A stretch of 64,000 nucleotides of DNA from Patescibacteria group bacterium (GTDB lineage: Bacteria > Patescibacteriota > UBA1384 > XYA2-FULL-43-10), in assembly GCA_041674405.1 (NCBI GenBank), contig JBAYVT010000002.1:23158-87157 (forward strand). The letters run 5' to 3'. The position numbers and the translations under genes are program-made. The number at the start of each line of letters is the position of its first letter. Position 1 is the first letter of the stretch. Below, piece by piece: positions 10,602-20,412 of this stretch. The notes under the pieces were generated by a model. It was not told the DNA's origin. It was given only the letters and a program-made list of their open reading frames with translations, and ran no database searches.

Positions 10602-11198
10602 TCATTTTACTTCTGTCGCATTAGCAAATCTTCTTTCGCACACTGACCAATCAATTGCATTTATGATTGCCTCAATGTATCCATCGCGCTTTGTACCGTA
10701 GTCCAGCATGTATGCATGCTCGAAGGCATCTACAACTAGTATTGGCTCGCATCCAGCAAGATGTCCGGTGTCGTGTTCTCCAACCCAGACATTGAGTAGT
10801 TTGTCACCGATTTTATCATAATAAATTACAAGCCAGCCGATACCGCGCATCGTGAGCATTCGTTTAAATGATTCTCGCCACCTGTCAATCGACCCAAATT
10901 CGCTCGCTAAATACTTATGTAATTTCGAGGATGGATCTTGCTCTTTCCCGCTTTTGATTAAATTTCCAAAATATAGCTCGTGCAGCCGCATGCCGTTCCA
11001 CTCCCAGCCCATCCGGCGCTTCAATTCGGAAAAACAGCGAGATTCAAAATCACCAGATTCCGCCATCTTGGAATTTTCCTCGATTAGGCCATTGATATTC
11101 TTTACGTAACCCTGATAGAGAGTGAAATGATTTTTAAGAAGCTCTTCAGAAAACCCTTTTGTTCCGATCAACTCTTCAAAATTTTTTGCCTCATACAT
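10602..11198 (-). CDS. sodA: Fe/Mn superoxide dismutase
   Basis: N-terminal helical domain with H...H, and C-terminal DAFEHAYMLDY (DxWEHAYY) metal-binding motif. Confidence 0.85.
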   Translation of the reverse strand: MYEAKNFEELIGTKGFSEELLKNHFTLYQGYVKNINGLIEENSKMAESGDFESRCFSELKRRMGWEWNGMRLHELYFGNLIKSGKEQDPSSKLHKYLASEFGSIDRWRESFKRMLTMRGIGWLVIYYDKIGDKLLNVWVGEHDTGHLAGCEPILVVDAFEHAYMLDYGTKRDGYIEAIINAIDWSVCERRFANATEVK

Positions 11199-11267
11199 GA
11201 TCCTCCTTGTTTATAATAATTCAACAATAATTATACTACGCGGTTATTCAAATTCGTTCATAATTTC

Positions 11268-11316
11268 TTACAACAAAAAGCCTTGCACTGCCACTCCGGG
11301 AGTGGCAGTGCAAAGT
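11268..11316 (-). terminator. Rho-independent terminator downstream of the M29 aminopeptidase gene
   Basis: Minus-strand read: 14-bp stem TTGCACTGCCACTC / GAGTGGCAGTGCAA followed by GGCTTTTTGTTGT. Confidence 0.7.
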
Positions 11317-11372
11317 TAATCAACGGAGTTTACTTTATGGACTTTACGAACTTTACCGACTTTATGGACTAA

Positions 11373-12446
11373 TTATATCTTCCAGGCCCCATTTTCCTGT
11401 ATTACTTTACCGTCGAGAATGATTTTACCCCTCTTCATATCCTTAACAATATCCCAATGGATCGCCGAGTCGTTTCCCCCACCATTTTCCTTGTATGCCA
11501 TACCGAGAGCGAGGTGAATGGTTCCGATTATTTTCTCATCGAACAATAAATTCCTAGTAAATTTTTTAATTTTGGGGTTCAGACCAATTCCAAATTCTCC
11601 CAAATATGATGAGTTACTGTCGGTCTTTAATTGTTCTTTTAAAAAATTCTTATTTTTTGAGCAATCTGATTTAATTACCTTGCCTTGATTAAATTCCAGA
11701 TAAATATCCGGCACTTCTTTTCCCGCCTCAATTGCCGGGAAATCAAATTTGATCCAGCCTTTTGCTGATTCCCGAACTGGTGCCATAAAAATTTCGCCAC
11801 AGGGGATGTTGTCGCCTTCCATATCGTTGGCAACTTTATCACCATGAATATCAAACTCAAGATCAACGTTTTTTCCCAAAAGATGAACGTGCTTGCCAGC
11901 CCTGAACTTACCGGAGACTTTGTTAATATTCTTTTTTACTTTATCCCAATCTTGAATCTCTGCCCCAAATACAAAATCCTCGTATTCATGAATTGACATC
12001 TCCGCTTCTTGAGCTAAGGCCTGGCAAGGATAACCAACTGATGCACGTCTGATTTTTCCCCTCTCATTGCAAATATAGTTTGTTATCGGATGAGTCACCG
12101 ATTCGCGTATCATCATTTTGGACGGATCGACACTGGTCATTTCTTTTGTATTGGAGTCGGTCACAATTCCAATGTAATACTGTGCATTTTTTGCAGTATA
12201 ATCGAGAATTTCCGGAAATTTTTTTAGGTGATGATCTTTTGCATATTTGTAAAATAATGGTCCAAGACCAGGCAATGAAAGTCGCAAAACCGGGTGTGCA
12301 CCTGCTTTCAGAACTTCGATATAAAGCGCTTCTACAAATGCTGCCGCTTCTGTCGAGCCAGAAATTACAACATTTGAGTCGTGTTTCACCTTCAAAAAAT
12401 ATCTGACGACTAATTGCGCGAGCTTTTTTGTTCTTGGGTCAATCAT
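11373..12446 (-). CDS. Aminopeptidase, M29 (AmpS/aminopeptidase T) family
   Basis: N-terminal [46 protein letters not shown] follows the AmpS pattern. Length about 357 aa. Confidence 0.65.
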   Translation of the reverse strand: MIDPRTKKLAQLVVRYFLKVKHDSNVVISGSTEAAAFVEALYIEVLKAGAHPVLRLSLPGLGPLFYKYAKDHHLKKFPEILDYTAKNAQYYIGIVTDSNTKEMTSVDPSKMMIRESVTHPITNYICNERGKIRRASVGYPCQALAQEAEMSIHEYEDFVFGAEIQDWDKVKKNINKVSGKFRAGKHVHLLGKNVDLEFDIHGDKVANDMEGDNIPCGEIFMAPVRESAKGWIKFDFPAIEAGKEVPDIYLEFNQGKVIKSDCSKNKNFLKEQLKTDSNSSYLGEFGIGLNPKIKKFTRNLLFDEKIIGTIHLALGMAYKENGGGNDSAIHWDIVKDMKRGKIILDGKVIQENGAWKI

Positions 12447-13024
12447 TTCGTAATAACCTTATCAATTAGACCATAGTCTTTTGCCATTTTGGCATCCATG
12501 TAGAAATCGCGGTCGAGATCTTTTTCGATTTTTGATTCGGATTGGCCAGTGTTTTGCGCCATGATTTTAGTCAGATTTTTCTTTGTTTTCAAGATATGCT
12601 CGGCATTAATCGCGATGTCAGAAGCTTGGCCTTCTGCTCCACCCAGTGGCTGATGAATCATGACTTCGGCATTTGGCAAGGCAAATCTTTTGCCTTTTTC
12701 ACCTGAGGACAAAACCCAGGCACCGCCTGATGCCGCCATACCAACACAGACCGTCGAAACTGGTGCTTTCACATAATTCATCGTATCGATTATCGCCAAA
12801 GTTGCTGTCACCGATCCACCTGGTGAATTTACGTACATATTAATGTCTTTTTTTGAATCTTCCGAATCAAGAAATAAAAGTTGGGCAATAATAATATTGG
12901 CCAAATCATCAGTGATCGGTCCGCCCAAAAAAACAATTCTGTCTTTTAGAAGCCGTGAGTATATATCATAAGCCCTCTCTCCTTCAAAAGTTTTTTCTAC
13001 TACCGTAGGAACTAGATATGACAT
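12443..13024 (-). CDS. clpP: ATP-dependent Clp protease proteolytic subunit
   Basis: [11 protein letters not shown]...[10 protein letters not shown]...[10 protein letters not shown]...MIHQPLGG. Confidence 0.9.
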   Translation of the reverse strand: MSYLVPTVVEKTFEGERAYDIYSRLLKDRIVFLGGPITDDLANIIIAQLLFLDSEDSKKDINMYVNSPGGSVTATLAIIDTMNYVKAPVSTVCVGMAASGGAWVLSSGEKGKRFALPNAEVMIHQPLGGAEGQASDIAINAEHILKTKKNLTKIMAQNTGQSESKIEKDLDRDFYMDAKMAKDYGLIDKVITK

Positions 13025-13239
13025 GATTCTCCTTTGTTTAAATGTGATATACCCACATTATGATAAATACCTGATATTTTGCTTAATAAAAAAATCAATA
13101 TCTGTTAAATCAACATAGCAAAAACGAGCTTTGTCTTCAATATATAGATGCAAAATCGTTATACAGCACTTATTTTAGATAGCCTTTTTTGTGCAATATA
13201 TCCGGGATATTTATTACTTTTGAACAAGGCAACTCGCCC

Positions 13240-13275
13240 ATTGAAAATTATCGCCCCGATTACACAAGGGCGAAA
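13240..13275 (-). terminator. Possible terminator after the MFS transporter gene (CGCCC-n11-GGGCG hairpin plus a U-rich tail)
   Basis: Hairpin read on the minus strand, followed by ATAATTTTC. Confidence 0.3.
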
Positions 13276-13344
13276 CCGCGCGGCACGGATATCATTCAGA
13301 TACTTTTCGTCGATAGCTTTTTCCGGTTCTTGGATAATAATTGT

Positions 13345-14622
13345 TTAAGCGATAAAATCCATCATTGATACAGATTTTTTAGCCTCAGAATACTGATTGT
13401 AGCGCAAGCTTATGAAGATTCCGAAAGACAAAATGAATATCGACAGGGCGACCATTGCTACAAATGGAGAAGTCGCATCCGATATTCCTCCTACTGCGAG
13501 AGCAGGGATCGACATCGCAAGATTGATAAGCATAGAAACAATACCAAACACTCTTCCTCGGAAATGTCCTTCCGTTTTAATATGAAGGAATGTCTGTGCT
13601 GAGATATAAATAATGGAACAGCCAAACCCCAGAGCAATAACAAGCAGAGTTACAATCAATCTCGAGAAAATGAAAGTGTGATAAAATTTGAATCCTGAAA
13701 ACATTAGCAGAGCCAAACCCACAGCAAGGAAAGGCCAATTAGTACTAAAATCAAAATTAAATTTTCGCCGTCTCTCAAGGATATATGCCGCAATTATCAT
13801 TCCGATACCCGCAGGAGCAATAACATAAGGACCAACCAATTCTGCCGGTAAGGATAGGACGCTCGTTCCGAAACCTGGCAACAAGACCACAAAAGAGCCC
13901 AGTGCGACCCAGCCGACGGTAAGTTTAGCCATCATTCTAAAAATCTGGCGATTTTTTAAGCTATACGCTATTCCCTCTTTAGTCGATTTCCAGATACTTT
14001 CAATGTCCGGTGCGAGAGTTGAGAGAGATATTGGCTTGGTTTCTTTCAAATCATAGTTTGTCATCCTATTCACTGAAAGGGTTGCAATCAGATAAAACAA
14101 GCCGCAGATCAGAAACAAAAATAAGGGAGAACTAACTCTCATTATCGGACCAGCCAGCGAATAGCCGACCAGAAGCGTTGCATATGTTGTCGTTACAATT
14201 AATGAATTCGCTGCGATCAATTTCTCCTTAGGCACTATGAGTGGAATTGAGGCTTGCTCGGCCGGAGAAAAAAATTGTGCAACAGAAGAAATTATAAATA
14301 TAATTTCCAAGAGAGCCAAAACGTTGCTTTGGGCAAAGATTAGAAGAACTACAGCAACAAATCTTAGAAAATTGGTAAGTATCAAAATTTTCTTATAATT
14401 GAACCTATCCGCAAAAACTCCGGAAAAAGGCCCGAGAAGAACCGATGGTATTGCAGAAGCAATTAATACGAGTGAAATTGCGGTCGTCGAATTTGTAAGC
14501 TGATAAATATGCAAGATCAATGCAAAATTCAACATATTTAGAGCAACCTGCGAAGTCCATTGCGAAGTCCAGAGTTTGAAAAAATCTTTGTATTTAAGCA
14601 CACTTACAAATGTAGATGACAC
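13345..14622 (-). CDS. MFS-type transporter (about 12 TM)
   Basis: 425 aa with 12 predicted hydrophobic helices and MFS-like loop spacing. Confidence 0.65.
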   Translation of the reverse strand: MSSTFVSVLKYKDFFKLWTSQWTSQVALNMLNFALILHIYQLTNSTTAISLVLIASAIPSVLLGPFSGVFADRFNYKKILILTNFLRFVAVVLLIFAQSNVLALLEIIFIISSVAQFFSPAEQASIPLIVPKEKLIAANSLIVTTTYATLLVGYSLAGPIMRVSSPLFLFLICGLFYLIATLSVNRMTNYDLKETKPISLSTLAPDIESIWKSTKEGIAYSLKNRQIFRMMAKLTVGWVALGSFVVLLPGFGTSVLSLPAELVGPYVIAPAGIGMIIAAYILERRRKFNFDFSTNWPFLAVGLALLMFSGFKFYHTFIFSRLIVTLLVIALGFGCSIIYISAQTFLHIKTEGHFRGRVFGIVSMLINLAMSIPALAVGGISDATSPFVAMVALSIFILSFGIFISLRYNQYSEAKKSVSMMDFIA

Positions 14623-14638
14623 GGACCCTCCGCGTTTG

Positions 14639-15838
14639 TTATTTCGTCAAAGTTTTTACCAGGTGGTCAAGAGCCTTTGCTCCCGCATCTTCCTTACTCG
14701 AATCAATTTTTTGGTCTTGAATAATTTTACCTAACATGAGACCAATTTTAACATTTTTGGTAGCCTGTTCGCGCATATCTTTGCGAATATCATCAATTTT
14801 TTTCTTCATATTTTCCAGATATTTTTCGAAACTCATTCCCGAAGATTCTACTTGTCCGCGAAAATGTTCTATCATTCTTTCTGTTTCCTGGATAATCAAT
14901 ATCTCGGGAATGTCAACTTTGAGAAGAGGTAATACTTTTTCGATTACTGAAAGCTCAAGCTCGTTTTTGTATTTCGCATCAGTTTCTTTTTTGAGGCTAT
15001 CCATGACAGCCGATTTTAATTCGGAAAATTTCTTGTGCCCATAATGTTCTGCAAATTTGTCGTCGAGTTCGGGAAGGATGACCTCTTTGAGGTCTTCAAG
15101 TTTAACATTGAATTCTGCTTCCTTGCCGGAAAGTGTTTTCTCGTGATAATCTTTCGGAAATTTGATTTTAAAGGTTTTTTCTTCACCCTTTTTCATCCCC
15201 ACAACTTCATCCTCAAATCCCGGAATCAGATTTCCTTCGCCCAAAATGATCGGGTGATTTTTTGAGCACATTGCATCAACTTTAACGCCCTTCTTAAAAC
15301 CTTCATATGAAATTTCTGCCCGATCTCCCTTTTTTGCCGAGCGTTCAGCATCCTTAAATGTTGCTTTTTGTTTGCGCAAATGTTCTAAAATTTTTTCGAC
15401 ATCAGTTTCTTTTGGTTCTTCTTTTTTTGGTGCTTTCACTTTTAGTTTCGAATAATCCCCAAGCTCAATTTTGGGCATAACATCAATTTCGGCAGTATAT
15501 TCCAAATTGTCCTTAATATCTAGTTCATCGATCGAAAAGTTCGGAGATTTTGTAATTTTGATATCTGGCTGCGATAGTGGCATAATTTTTTCGCTTGCAA
15601 CCACTTCCGGATAACTTCCCCTTACAGCACAATCAATCCCTTCAGAAATGAGGCGATTGTGGCCAGCTGCAGATTCTACAATTTTGTACGGGGCCTTGCC
15701 GGGGCGGAATCCATCAAGCTTCATTCCGGATGCAACTTTTTCGTAAGCTTCACGAAAATATTTTGCAAGCTCTTTGGGTTCAACTAGAACTTCTAGTTTC
15801 ACTCGGCTGTTTTTAAGATTTTCAAGTTTTACCTTCAT
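14639..15838 (-). CDS. tig: Trigger factor
   Basis: N-terminal ribosome-binding domain with DGFRPGKAPYKIVE, a FKBP-like middle region, and a long K/E-rich C-terminal arm. Confidence 0.85.
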   Translation of the reverse strand: MKVKLENLKNSRVKLEVLVEPKELAKYFREAYEKVASGMKLDGFRPGKAPYKIVESAAGHNRLISEGIDCAVRGSYPEVVASEKIMPLSQPDIKITKSPNFSIDELDIKDNLEYTAEIDVMPKIELGDYSKLKVKAPKKEEPKETDVEKILEHLRKQKATFKDAERSAKKGDRAEISYEGFKKGVKVDAMCSKNHPIILGEGNLIPGFEDEVVGMKKGEEKTFKIKFPKDYHEKTLSGKEAEFNVKLEDLKEVILPELDDKFAEHYGHKKFSELKSAVMDSLKKETDAKYKNELELSVIEKVLPLLKVDIPEILIIQETERMIEHFRGQVESSGMSFEKYLENMKKKIDDIRKDMREQATKNVKIGLMLGKIIQDQKIDSSKEDAGAKALDHLVKTLTK

Positions 15839-15907
15839 AATATTCCCAACAATAAAATAATAATTTACTCGTATAGATTATCATATTAAGACTAGGATTG
15901 AAAGTCT

Positions 15908-15937
15908 GGTAGCACAGGCGGAACCGCCTGTGCTACC
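15908..15937. terminator. Perfect inverted repeat GGTAGCACAGGCGG-aa-CCGCCTGTGCTACC
   Basis: A 13-14-bp GC-rich stem immediately downstream (minus strand) of the small GC-rich ORF. Confidence 0.5.
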
Positions 15938-15961
15938 GACGGCAGCAGAGGGTGTGGGACG

Positions 15962-16114
15962 TTATCCGGGCCAGTTGGCCGGATCGTTGTCGGGGTCGTA
16001 GGTGACTGGCTTAGCCCGTTTGCGGGCATCATTCAGGATGATCAACAGGTCGGCAAACGGCACATCGGGTACTGAGTCCGAAGCTACCTGGTAATCGCCG
16101 GCATAACCACACAT
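15962..16114 (-). CDS. Small GC-rich ORF (50 aa) MCGYAGDYQVASDSVPDVPFADLLIILNDARKRAKPVTYDPDNDPANWPG
   Basis: Manual translation. GGAGGT SD sits 6 nt upstream. Local GC is about 58%, against about 38% in the flanks. A perfect hairpin follows it. Confidence 0.25.
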   Translation of the reverse strand: MCGYAGDYQVASDSVPDVPFADLLIILNDARKRAKPVTYDPDNDPANWPG

Positions 16115-16167
16115 AAAACTACCTCCTGGTCCTTGATTCCCTCTTGCATTTTATATATCACTTTAGA

Positions 16168-17172
16168 TCAATATACGCTATATCCACCAAATTTTTTTAA
16201 TTCAGAAAGCAGAAGCTTTTTATTGCTTTTATCACCGCAGAAAAGCAAACATCCTCCTCCCCCAGCACCACAAGCACGGTGGGAATATCCGTATTTTTCC
16301 GCAATTTTAGCCATCATTTTCATGTTTTTTGTATAATATGCACTTGATAGATCTAGGCGCAAATTCCTATCATTGGCGATTCCTGTTTTGAGCATAGATA
16401 GGTCTTTCCCCAAGATCCCTCGCCAAATATCTTCCGCATTTTTGGCAATCTTCTTAATTAATAATGGATTTTTTTCATATCCAGATCTCATTTGAGAGTT
16501 TAGTTTTCCTGATGATCTCGATTCACCGCTGTAATATACCAGAATATGATTCAACACCCAGTTATATAACGGAGAGTTTTCTTCTCTATGGTCAATCATC
16601 TTCGCTTCTCCATATCCAGGACCACCAAAAGTCATGTAGTTCATTCCTCCGTGCCACGCAGCATAATAATCTTGCTTGCCTCCTAAAATTCCCATCGACA
16701 TTTCAACCAAATAGTTCAATTCGGGAACATTTACACCGGGAATTTCATAAAGTTCGGAAAGTGCCATGATCACTCCAACCCCTACCGCCGAAGAAGTGCC
16801 TAGGCCAGAAGCAGACGGAATGATGCCAACACTGGTAACTTTTATTTCCAATCCATCCGGCTTTAGGTTAAATAACGAAATAAAATGTCGGACAATCTGG
16901 CTAACATTATTTTTTTCTTGTTTGATAAGATCTTCAATACTCCCTTCGATTTTCTCGCCCAAATCAGGAAGTTCGAGTTTAATACCCTTGCCGCCATTCA
17001 GTTTCGCTTCAACTTTGACTTGTACCGGTAAGGCAATATTTACAACCGAGCCACGATCCGCTTTAAGTTTCTTAAGGTAGTAGCTAATATCTGTAGAACC
17101 GCCGGCAATATCTGCACGAACTGGCACGAACAGAGTTACCCTTTTCATCATTTCCTCCTGGATTTCTTCCAT
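16168..17172 (-). CDS. GHMP-family sugar(-phosphate) kinase
   Basis: PSASGLGTSSAVGVGV (GHMP motif II) and a C-terminal GAGGGG motif. Confidence 0.7.
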   Translation of the reverse strand: MEEIQEEMMKRVTLFVPVRADIAGGSTDISYYLKKLKADRGSVVNIALPVQVKVEAKLNGGKGIKLELPDLGEKIEGSIEDLIKQEKNNVSQIVRHFISLFNLKPDGLEIKVTSVGIIPSASGLGTSSAVGVGVIMALSELYEIPGVNVPELNYLVEMSMGILGGKQDYYAAWHGGMNYMTFGGPGYGEAKMIDHREENSPLYNWVLNHILVYYSGESRSSGKLNSQMRSGYEKNPLLIKKIAKNAEDIWRGILGKDLSMLKTGIANDRNLRLDLSSAYYTKNMKMMAKIAEKYGYSHRACGAGGGGCLLFCGDKSNKKLLLSELKKFGGYSVY

Positions 17173-17999
17173 TCCTTAATCGCCTTTTCGTATGATTCAT
17201 AGGTACCCGTATCAAGCCACTGGCTAAAGAAGGGGTAACCAAATAATTTCCCCTCCTCCGCCAACTTTGGATATATGTCATATTCAACCATTGCCTTCCC
17301 CTTTTGGGGAACATATTTATCGATCACTTCTGGTTCCATTATAGCCATACCCGCATTAGCAAGATTACTTGGTGCTTCTGATCTCTTTGGTTTTTCGACA
17401 AAACCGGTTATTCGGCTGCCGGTAAGTGATGCAACCCCAAAACGGCTCGGGTCCTCAACCGGTGTGAGTGCAATTGTAGCTAATCCTTCATTATTTCGAT
17501 GAAAATGCATAAAATCCGAAAGATCAATTTCCGAAAGCACATCCCCCCAAACAATAAAGAAGGTTTCATTTAGAAATTTTTTTGCCAATCGCAATGGTCC
17601 TGCTGTTCCTAGTGGGGATCTTTCTTCAACATAATTTATCCTGACGCCAAATTTTGTGCCATCTTTGAAGTAATCCTTGATCATCTCCCCCTTATAACCC
17701 AATGCCAGACAGATTTCGGTAACACCATGTGAGCGCAGAAGGTCTATCACATGTTCCACCATTGGCTTTCCAGCAACTGGCAAAAGCGCCTTTGGTAATT
17801 CATAAGTAAATGGCCGAAGCCTTGTCCCCTCGCCCCCAACGAGAAGAATTGCTTTTTTGATTTGGTTTATGCCAAGGCCATTTTCGATAAGATATTCTGT
17901 CGCATGCGATCGATTTCTGATTTTTTTACCATCGATTATTGCATCAATCTTTGAAAATAGGTCTTTTTTAATGGTGACGGTTAACTTTTCTCGTTCCAT
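17148..17999 (-). CDS. Sugar-1-phosphate nucleotidyltransferase with an N-terminal RHH-like extension
   Basis: Activator loop LLVGGEGTRLRPFT...LLPVAGKPM sits at residues about 53-75 instead of about 5-25. The preceding LTVTIKKDLFSKIDAIIDGKKIRNRSHATEYLIENGL resembles a ribbon-helix-helix. Confidence 0.7.
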   Translation of the reverse strand: MEREKLTVTIKKDLFSKIDAIIDGKKIRNRSHATEYLIENGLGINQIKKAILLVGGEGTRLRPFTYELPKALLPVAGKPMVEHVIDLLRSHGVTEICLALGYKGEMIKDYFKDGTKFGVRINYVEERSPLGTAGPLRLAKKFLNETFFIVWGDVLSEIDLSDFMHFHRNNEGLATIALTPVEDPSRFGVASLTGSRITGFVEKPKRSEAPSNLANAGMAIMEPEVIDKYVPQKGKAMVEYDIYPKLAEEGKLFGYPFFSQWLDTGTYESYEKAIKEWKKSRRK

Positions 18000-18071
18000 A
18001 GAACTCCTTAAAAATTATTCATATACGATAATATACGATATATAAAAATAGATCAAATTGATTGAAATAGC

Positions 18072-18461
18072 TTAGTCCGACATGATTACCCAGGGTCGCC
18101 GATCCTGTTTCTTGTATTTAACGCAGGCAACAAAACGTTCAGGATCTTTCAAAAATATCAGAGAAACAAAATTTGCTTTTTTCTTTTCTTCCCAAAATTT
18201 TTCATCGACACATAAGTCATCAGAATACATTTTACGAAATTCCGAAAGACCTTTCGATCCAAAATTTTCGTAATACAAAACATTATCTACAAAAACTCGT
18301 CCAACAATACCGCCACCTGATTTTTTAAGATAAATTTCATCTTCTTTTGCAACAGATCCGTAAGGGGCAATTTTATGAATTGAAAATCGTGACTCGATTG
18401 TTTTTTTTCCAACCAGGATATTTTCTATAGCATCACCAACAAAAATCGCTAAATGCCTCAT
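18072..18461 (-). CDS. Small PUA/ASCH-like domain protein (hypothetical)
   Basis: 129 aa. The weak resemblance to ASCH beta-barrel proteins is low-confidence. Confidence 0.3.
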   Translation of the reverse strand: MRHLAIFVGDAIENILVGKKTIESRFSIHKIAPYGSVAKEDEIYLKKSGGGIVGRVFVDNVLYYENFGSKGLSEFRKMYSDDLCVDEKFWEEKKKANFVSLIFLKDPERFVACVKYKKQDRRPWVIMSD

Positions 18462-18498
18462 GAAACTCCTAAAGTGCCTTAATATTTTTGGCCACCTA

Positions 18499-18538
18499 AT
18501 TAAAACAAAAACAAACAGCTGTTTGTTTTTGTTTTAAT
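18499..18538. repeat. Perfect AT-rich palindrome AAAACAAAAACAAACAG|CTGTTTGTTTTTGTTTT
   Basis: 17-bp arms with no spacer, in the spacer between the ASCH-like and pfkB genes. Confidence 0.5.
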
Positions 18539-18556
18539 ATTTAGAATATACCCTTA

Positions 18557-19570
18557 TTAATAAATCTCGACAACCATGCGTGGATTTTCAGCTACTTGCG
18601 CCTCAAGCTCCGATTTGGGCAACAACCCCCCTTGTGCTCCAATTATTCTGACAACGGAAGTAGAATTTACTATACCTGCTTTGAGTGCTTCAGATATCTT
18701 GTATTGATCGGAAAAATCCGCGTCTTTTGAATCTAAAAATTTCGCAACAAAAGCTGATGCAAAACTATCACCCGCTCCAGTCGCATCCACTCTTTCTCGA
18801 TTCATTGCTTCGATTCGATATGACCGAACCCCATCAAATGCGTAAGCGCCTTCTTTTCCATCGGTTACGATAATTATTCTTGGCCCAAGAGCATGAAGCG
18901 ATTTGGCAATTTCTTCAACCCGCGGCCGCACAGGATAATTGGAAAATTTTATTGCTTCTTCACGATTCAAAATCAATATCGAAACACATTTTAATAATGC
19001 CCTGTATTTCGAAACACCCTTTTCGATTTGCAAAGAACCAGGATTCCATGCAATTTTTGTTCCCTTCTCAGAAGCCATAGATATTAGATCCTTTTCAACT
19101 TCTTCGGTGTTTTCCCCCATCGGGCAAACAAAAAACCATTTAGTTTTTAAATTTTTTTTAGGCTTCAGCACTGAGTAATCTGAAACCCCGTGGCAAACAA
19201 AAATTGTTCTTTCGTCCCCAAGATTAAAAATGATTGAAAAATTTGTTTGGACATCATGTTTTTTAATGACCTGCGCTTCGTCTACACCCTCAATCCTAAG
19301 CCTTTCCAGTATTTTTTCAGAAGGAGAATCGTCTCCAATAGCAGTAATAATTGCAGTGTTATATCCAAGGCGATTGAACGAAACAGCAGTGTTGCATGCT
19401 GAACCGCCAATATCATAAAATGCATGTTCTAAAGAAATTTTTTCCCCCAGTTCAAAAGAAACAGATTTGCCCGAGGCATATCTCCGGCTGCTTTCAATAT
19501 CAAAAGTATGAGGCTTAACAAAAATATCCTCTGAAGCATCCCCAATTGTGACAATATCATACTTTGTCAT
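18557..19570 (-). CDS. PfkB/ribokinase-family carbohydrate kinase
   Basis: C-terminal DATGAGDSFASAFV (PfkB signature 2) and an N-terminal GG motif. Confidence 0.75.
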   Translation of the reverse strand: MTKYDIVTIGDASEDIFVKPHTFDIESSRRYASGKSVSFELGEKISLEHAFYDIGGSACNTAVSFNRLGYNTAIITAIGDDSPSEKILERLRIEGVDEAQVIKKHDVQTNFSIIFNLGDERTIFVCHGVSDYSVLKPKKNLKTKWFFVCPMGENTEEVEKDLISMASEKGTKIAWNPGSLQIEKGVSKYRALLKCVSILILNREEAIKFSNYPVRPRVEEIAKSLHALGPRIIIVTDGKEGAYAFDGVRSYRIEAMNRERVDATGAGDSFASAFVAKFLDSKDADFSDQYKISEALKAGIVNSTSVVRIIGAQGGLLPKSELEAQVAENPRMVVEIY

Positions 19571-20412
19571 ACTTTTGCTTTATTTCTTGAACCAAATAAT
19601 GTTATGTAATCACAGACTAATTTTTCAATATCAGCCTTCACTTCATTGAAGACATCTCTTGGATCATCGCTGATATCGATATTCTTTGAGGCGCTGGACA
19701 AGAACGCCTTGCGTATTTTGGTATCAATATTAAATTTGACCGCACCCGCTGCTATAGCAGCTTTTATGTCCTTCTGTGAAAGGCCCGATGCACCATGGAT
19801 CACAATTGGAACAGAACTAGCATGGGCGATTTTTGACAAAAGTGAAATATCTAACTTTTCACCCCTCGGTGCACCATGTTCATTGCCTACAGAAACTGCT
19901 AATGAAGTAATCCCGGTTCGATTAATAAAATCACTAGCTAAATCAGGATGGGTATATGAACTTTTGTTCGATAATTCTCCACCCTCTTCGCGCGAAATTA
20001 CACCCAGTTCCGCTTCCACATCTACATCAAATTCTTTCGCATACGAAACAACTTTTTTAGTTAAAGCGATATTTGATTCATATGGCAGTTTTGAAGCATC
20101 AATCATTACAGAATTATATCCGATATCGATGCACTCCTTGACTATTCCAAAATCACGCGCATGATCAAGGTGAATTGCGGCAAAAACATCTTGGCTGTCC
20201 AGTTCGCTTTTTATTATTCCAAATAGTTCAGGAAGCCCGGCATAATCGATTGCGCTTGGCGTAGTCTGAATAATTACTGGTGAATTCATTTTTTTTGCAG
20301 CAGCTACGACTACTTGTACTGTTTCGAGATTATATACATTAAAAGCACCTATGGCATAGCCATCGTTTTTGGCTCCTTGATATGCTTCTTTGAGATTTAA
20401 TAATGGCATCAA
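19567..20412 (-). CDS. fba: Class II fructose-bisphosphate aldolase
   Basis: PVIIQTTPSAIDYAG...HLDHARDFGIVKECIDIGYNSVMIDAS...HGASG. Confidence 0.85.
   Translation of the reverse strand: MMPLLNLKEAYQGAKNDGYAIGAFNVYNLETVQVVVAAAKKMNSPVIIQTTPSAIDYAGLPELFGIIKSELDSQDVFAAIHLDHARDFGIVKECIDIGYNSVMIDASKLPYESNIALTKKVVSYAKEFDVDVEAELGVISREEGGELSNKSSYTHPDLASDFINRTGITSLAVSVGNEHGAPRGEKLDISLLSKIAHASSVPIVIHGASGLSQKDIKAAIAAGAVKFNIDTKIRKAFLSSASKNIDISDDPRDVFNEVKADIEKLVCDYITLFGSRNKAKV

Noticed and set aside
11336-11371. 12-nt direct repeat ACTTTATGGACT x2 downstream of the aminopeptidase gene
   Set aside because: Too short and isolated to call a repeat element. Probably chance or part of the 3' UTR.
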